Part shown: in pieces, positions 9,262 through 10,048 of the stretch
Numbering within the stretch: position 1 is the first letter of the stretch
Layout: every line of letters begins with the position of its first letter
From: Octopus sinensis
Lineage: Eukaryota
Length of the DNA stretch: 10,048 nt
Assembly: GCF_006345805.1 (NCBI RefSeq)
Contig: NW_021827672.1
Location: 1 to 10,048 of the forward strand
Reading direction: 5' to 3'
Program-made: the position numbers and the translations under genes
The notes under the pieces: model-generated
Told to the model about the DNA's origin: nothing
Database searches by the model: none
Seen by the model: the letters and a program-made list of their open reading frames with translations, nothing else

Positions 9262-9572
9262 GTCGCATAGCTCAGTGGTTAGAGCGTCGGGCTAACAATC
9301 AAGAGGTAGTTTGATTCCAGGACCAGGCGGTGTTTTATGTTCTTGAGCAAGAAACTTCATTTCACGTTACTCCAGTTCACTCAGCCGTAGAAATGAGTTG
9401 CGACGCCAGTGGTTACAAGCTTTATTGGTCTTTGACTTTCGCTCGGATAATATGGGTGGCAGGGACAGGGGAGGCTGGCATGCAGGTTTTCCCTAAAAAA
9501 ATTTGCCTGTGTGTGTGCCTGGGAGGGGAACTTTCTATGTGCAATCCCATGGTCATTCATGATCAAAAGGAT
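9262..9572 (+). mobile_element. tRNA-derived SINE, second family, with a CORE-like central segment
   Basis: A box tagctcagtgg (9268-9278) and a degenerate B box gtttgattcc (9309-9318). The segment gttcttgagcaagaaacttcatttcacgttactccagttcactcagccgtagaaatgag resembles the CORE-SINE core (ccttgggcaag..cactt..ctcag...aaatg). It ends in a TA-rich tract. Confidence 0.8.
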
Positions 9573-10048
9573 TGTATATATATATAATGTATTTATGTAT
9601 GCATATATATGTATGTAAGTATAAATATACATATATATGTATACATATAATTCCTTTCGGTTTTGGGTTGCAAGATTCTTTATGTGACTTCGTGTGTTGA
9701 AGCACTATTTTTTGTCCCTGGGGACAGTCGTTCTCATTTAGTGCCTTCTTACTTAACACACTCACCGTTTCAGTTTCCACTAATTTATATATGTTTTCTA
9801 AAATTGCTGTTGCGTCTTACAACCTTCTCAAGAGTCGTTGACTTTCTCTCCATGGTCAACGACTATTCATAATGTTGTAAGACGCAATTAAAAGTTTAGA
9901 ATAAATAAATGAGTAGAAACCGAACCGGTGCGTGTGTTAAGTCATAAGGCACTAAACGAGAATGACTCTCCCCAGGCACACTAAATTTGTTCGTTTGCAA
10001 ACGCAACCTCTTGTAGTTCATATGCAGCAAGACATGAGATAGGAATAG

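Noticed and set aside
9262-9330. tRNA gene
   Set aside because: There is no complete cloverleaf or acceptor stem, the B box is degenerate, and the sequence continues into a SINE body.

Overview
AT-rich eukaryotic DNA packed with microsatellites. The repeat families resemble, from memory rather than a search, those of octopus (coleoid cephalopod) genomes. No prokaryotic features, no true tRNA or rRNA, and no confidently identifiable protein-coding gene. The window holds several copies or fragments of a tRNA-derived SINE with an internal TA/CA microsatellite (79-716, 343-450, 3519-3678, 7986-8371, 8458-8670), a second tRNA-headed SINE family (9262-9572), and long (TA)n, (GATA)n and (AAT/AAC)n arrays. 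The most notable signal is a minimal type I hammerhead ribozyme motif at 1473-1507 (+), inside a short Penelope-like remnant lodged between (TA)n tracts. A second, degenerate hammerhead-like motif lies on the minus strand near 8818-8845. Candidate spliced exons missed by the ORF track lie on the minus strand (7402-7300 and 7020-6820). Most listed ORFs are microsatellite or SINE artefacts.
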